Shown piece by piece: positions 62,130 to 64,000 of a DNA stretch of 64,000 nt. This DNA is from an uncultured Alphaproteobacteria bacterium (GTDB taxonomy: Bacteria > Pseudomonadota > Alphaproteobacteria > HIMB59), in contig CABYSX010000007.1 of the NCBI GenBank assembly GCA_902521795.1, positions 297 through 64,296 of the forward strand, in the 5' to 3' direction. The number at the start of each line of letters is the position of its first letter. Positions within the stretch are counted from its first letter, which is position 1. A program made the position numbers and the translations under genes. The notes beneath the pieces are model-generated. The model made no database searches, was not told where the DNA came from, and worked only from the letters and a program-made list of their open reading frames with translations.

Positions 62130-62596
62130 TATTTTTTTAATTTATCTAAAAGGTAAAATTCTATAGGTGAAAATTGATTTTTGTTATTTGATATAAAGTC
62201 ATCAACTAATTTTAATTTGTGATCTTCCATTTCAATAACTTTGCGGATACTTAAATCCACGTAAAGAGAGCATACTTCTGAAGTTGCAGCTCTGAAATTT
62301 TCACTTTTACTTACAATTTCCAGTTGATAAACAAATCTCTTTTTGTCTCGATCTAAAAATAATAAATTTATATCAACCTCATCGCCCTCTTTAACTTCTT
62401 GGATATATTTAGTATGAGACTCTACAGCAAATGTTGATCTTTGTTCAGTTTTTGCCGACTCTCCTCCCATTTGAAATTTGTCCAGTAGTACATCCCACCC
62501 TTGATCAAATAAATGAATATAGAAGGCTAGATTCATGTGACCGTTATAATCTGTCCAATCTGGGATAATTTTTTCTGTTCTGAGATATATTGACAT
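62129..62596 (-). CDS. Hotdog-fold thioesterase
   Basis: WTDYNGHMNLAFY. Confidence 0.85.
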   Translation of the reverse strand: MSIYLRTEKIIPDWTDYNGHMNLAFYIHLFDQGWDVLLDKFQMGGESAKTEQRSTFAVESHTKYIQEVKEGDEVDINLLFLDRDKKRFVYQLEIVSKSENFRAATSEVCSLYVDLSIRKVIEMEDHKLKLVDDFISNNKNQFSPIEFYLLDKLKK

Positions 62597-62677
62597 TAAT
62601 TGATATTATAAAAATTATTAAATATTAACATTGAAAAATAAAGTAATAATATTTTTATAATATTAAAGGGGGTAAGA

Positions 62678-63619
62678 ATGAGAATAGGCTTTATTGGATT
62701 AGGTAATGTAGGAGGAAAACTTGCTAATAACCTTCTTGAAAATAGTTTTCAAATTACAGTTTTAGATAAAAATATTAAATTAATGGATAAGTTTAAATTA
62801 AAAGGTGCTGACACAGCTAAATCAATACAAGATCTAGTAATCAGCGCCGATCTTTTGATAACTTGCCTTCCTTCCCCTAAAATATGTGCAGAAGTTTTAG
62901 AGTCTAAAGGGGGTATTATAGACACAATACAAAAAGATCAAATTTGGATTGAAATGAGCACAACTGAAGATGGCCAGTTAAAAAAACATGCTTCATTAAT
63001 TCAACAAAAAAATGCAATAGCCTTAGAGGCGCCTGTAAGTGGAGGTTGTCATAGAGCTGCAACTGGAAATATTTCTATTTTCGTTGGAGGAAGTAGAGAA
63101 GGGTTTGATAAAGCTCTGCCTGTTTTAAGATGTTTAGGAAGAAAAATTTTGTATACAGGTGATTTTGGAAGTGCTTCTGTATTGAAGGTTATTACTAATT
63201 ATTTGGCTACAGTTCACTTGGTAGCATTAGGAGAGGCTTGGACTATAGCCAGTAAATCAAATTTAGATTTAGATAAAACATTTAAAGGCATTGCCGCTTC
63301 ATCAGGTAACTCCTTTGTCCATGAAACTGAGAGTCAAGTTATATTAAACGGATCTTATAATATAAATTTTACCATGGACTTAGTAGAGAAAGATGTGGGA
63401 CTATTTCAAAGTCTAGCAACTAAACTTGGAGTTGAATTAGAAATTTCTCCTATCGTTTTAGACATTATCAAAGATGCAAGAAAAACTTTTGGTGATCGTG
63501 CTTGGTCCTCTATGGTAGTTAAAAGGCTTGAAAATAAACACAATATTAAATTTAGAGCTGAGGGATATCCAGAAGAGCTTGTGGATTATGAGGAAAAAAG
63601 CCTTGGATATGAGATATGA
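62678..63619 (+). CDS. Beta-hydroxyacid dehydrogenase (3-hydroxyisobutyrate DH family)
   Basis: GFIGLGNVG, EMST, APVSGG, LKVITNY, KD. Confidence 0.87.
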   Translation: MRIGFIGLGNVGGKLANNLLENSFQITVLDKNIKLMDKFKLKGADTAKSIQDLVISADLLITCLPSPKICAEVLESKGGIIDTIQKDQIWIEMSTTEDGQLKKHASLIQQKNAIALEAPVSGGCHRAATGNISIFVGGSREGFDKALPVLRCLGRKILYTGDFGSASVLKVITNYLATVHLVALGEAWTIASKSNLDLDKTFKGIAASSGNSFVHETESQVILNGSYNINFTMDLVEKDVGLFQSLATKLGVELEISPIVLDIIKDARKTFGDRAWSSMVVKRLENKHNIKFRAEGYPEELVDYEEKSLGYEI

Positions 63620-63648
63620 TAAATTGGGGTATTTGATATTGTTTATCT

Positions 63649-64000
63649 ATGAATTTCATAACTGATGTAATTCTTCCCTTAGCCTTAGCTTTTATAATGT
63701 TCACTTTAGGCTTAGGTTTAACCTTTTCTGATTTTGCAAGAGTAGCGAAGACACCTAAAAATTTTATCATAGGTCTAATTAGCCAATTAATTTTTCTACC
63801 AATAGTCGCTTTAATAATTGTTTTTGTTTGGCCACTTCAACCTGAATTAGCTATAGGGTTAATATTAATTGCTGCAGCACCAGGAGGTGTTACTTCAAAC
63901 ATTCTTACATCTTTTGCAAAAGGTGATGTTGCATTGTCTATATCTTTGACTGCAATTATGAGTCTTTTAAGTGTTATATCTGTTCCTTTAGTTTTGGGTG
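63649..64000 (+). CDS. Bile acid:sodium symporter (BASS) family transporter, truncated by window
   Basis: Manual translation MNFITDVILPLALAFIMFTLGLGLT..AAAPGGVTSN..KGDVALSISLT. Confidence 0.88.
   Translation, partial: MNFITDVILPLALAFIMFTLGLGLTFSDFARVAKTPKNFIIGLISQLIFLPIVALIIVFVWPLQPELAIGLILIAAAPGGVTSNILTSFAKGDVALSISLTAIMSLLSVISVPLVLG

Noticed and set aside
63552-63770. 72-aa minus-strand ORF
   Set aside because: Antisense to the BASS transporter and the dehydrogenase 3' end

Overview
AT-rich, very densely packed chromosomal segment of a streamlined, probably marine alphaproteobacterium (SAR11/HIMB59-like by gene content: permuted two-piece tmRNA, class I LysRS, ThyX, type-2 heme A synthase; the lineage is an inference). 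About 1-42 kb is mostly core genes (pyrD, lysS, ctaA, purEK, pyrC, GlyRS, ispB, panB, mreBCD-mrdA-rodA, ilv/leuA, miaA, degP, hflKC, thyX, ssrA, tRNA-Phe, infA, hisGD, murA, clpB). About 42-62 kb is accessory. It holds a Cys-rich secreted protein with CRTAC1-like and fasciclin genes, a reduced CP-ATP-grasp/Anbu pair, an unannotated 26-aa 9-Cys metallothionein-like micropeptide, and an O-acyltransferase islet bracketed by a decayed and an intact tRNA-Thr. It also holds a probable trigonelline (tgn-like) catabolic operon and a GC-rich structured ncRNA candidate. No CRISPR array, integrase or transposase was seen. All family calls come from recalled motifs, not database searches.
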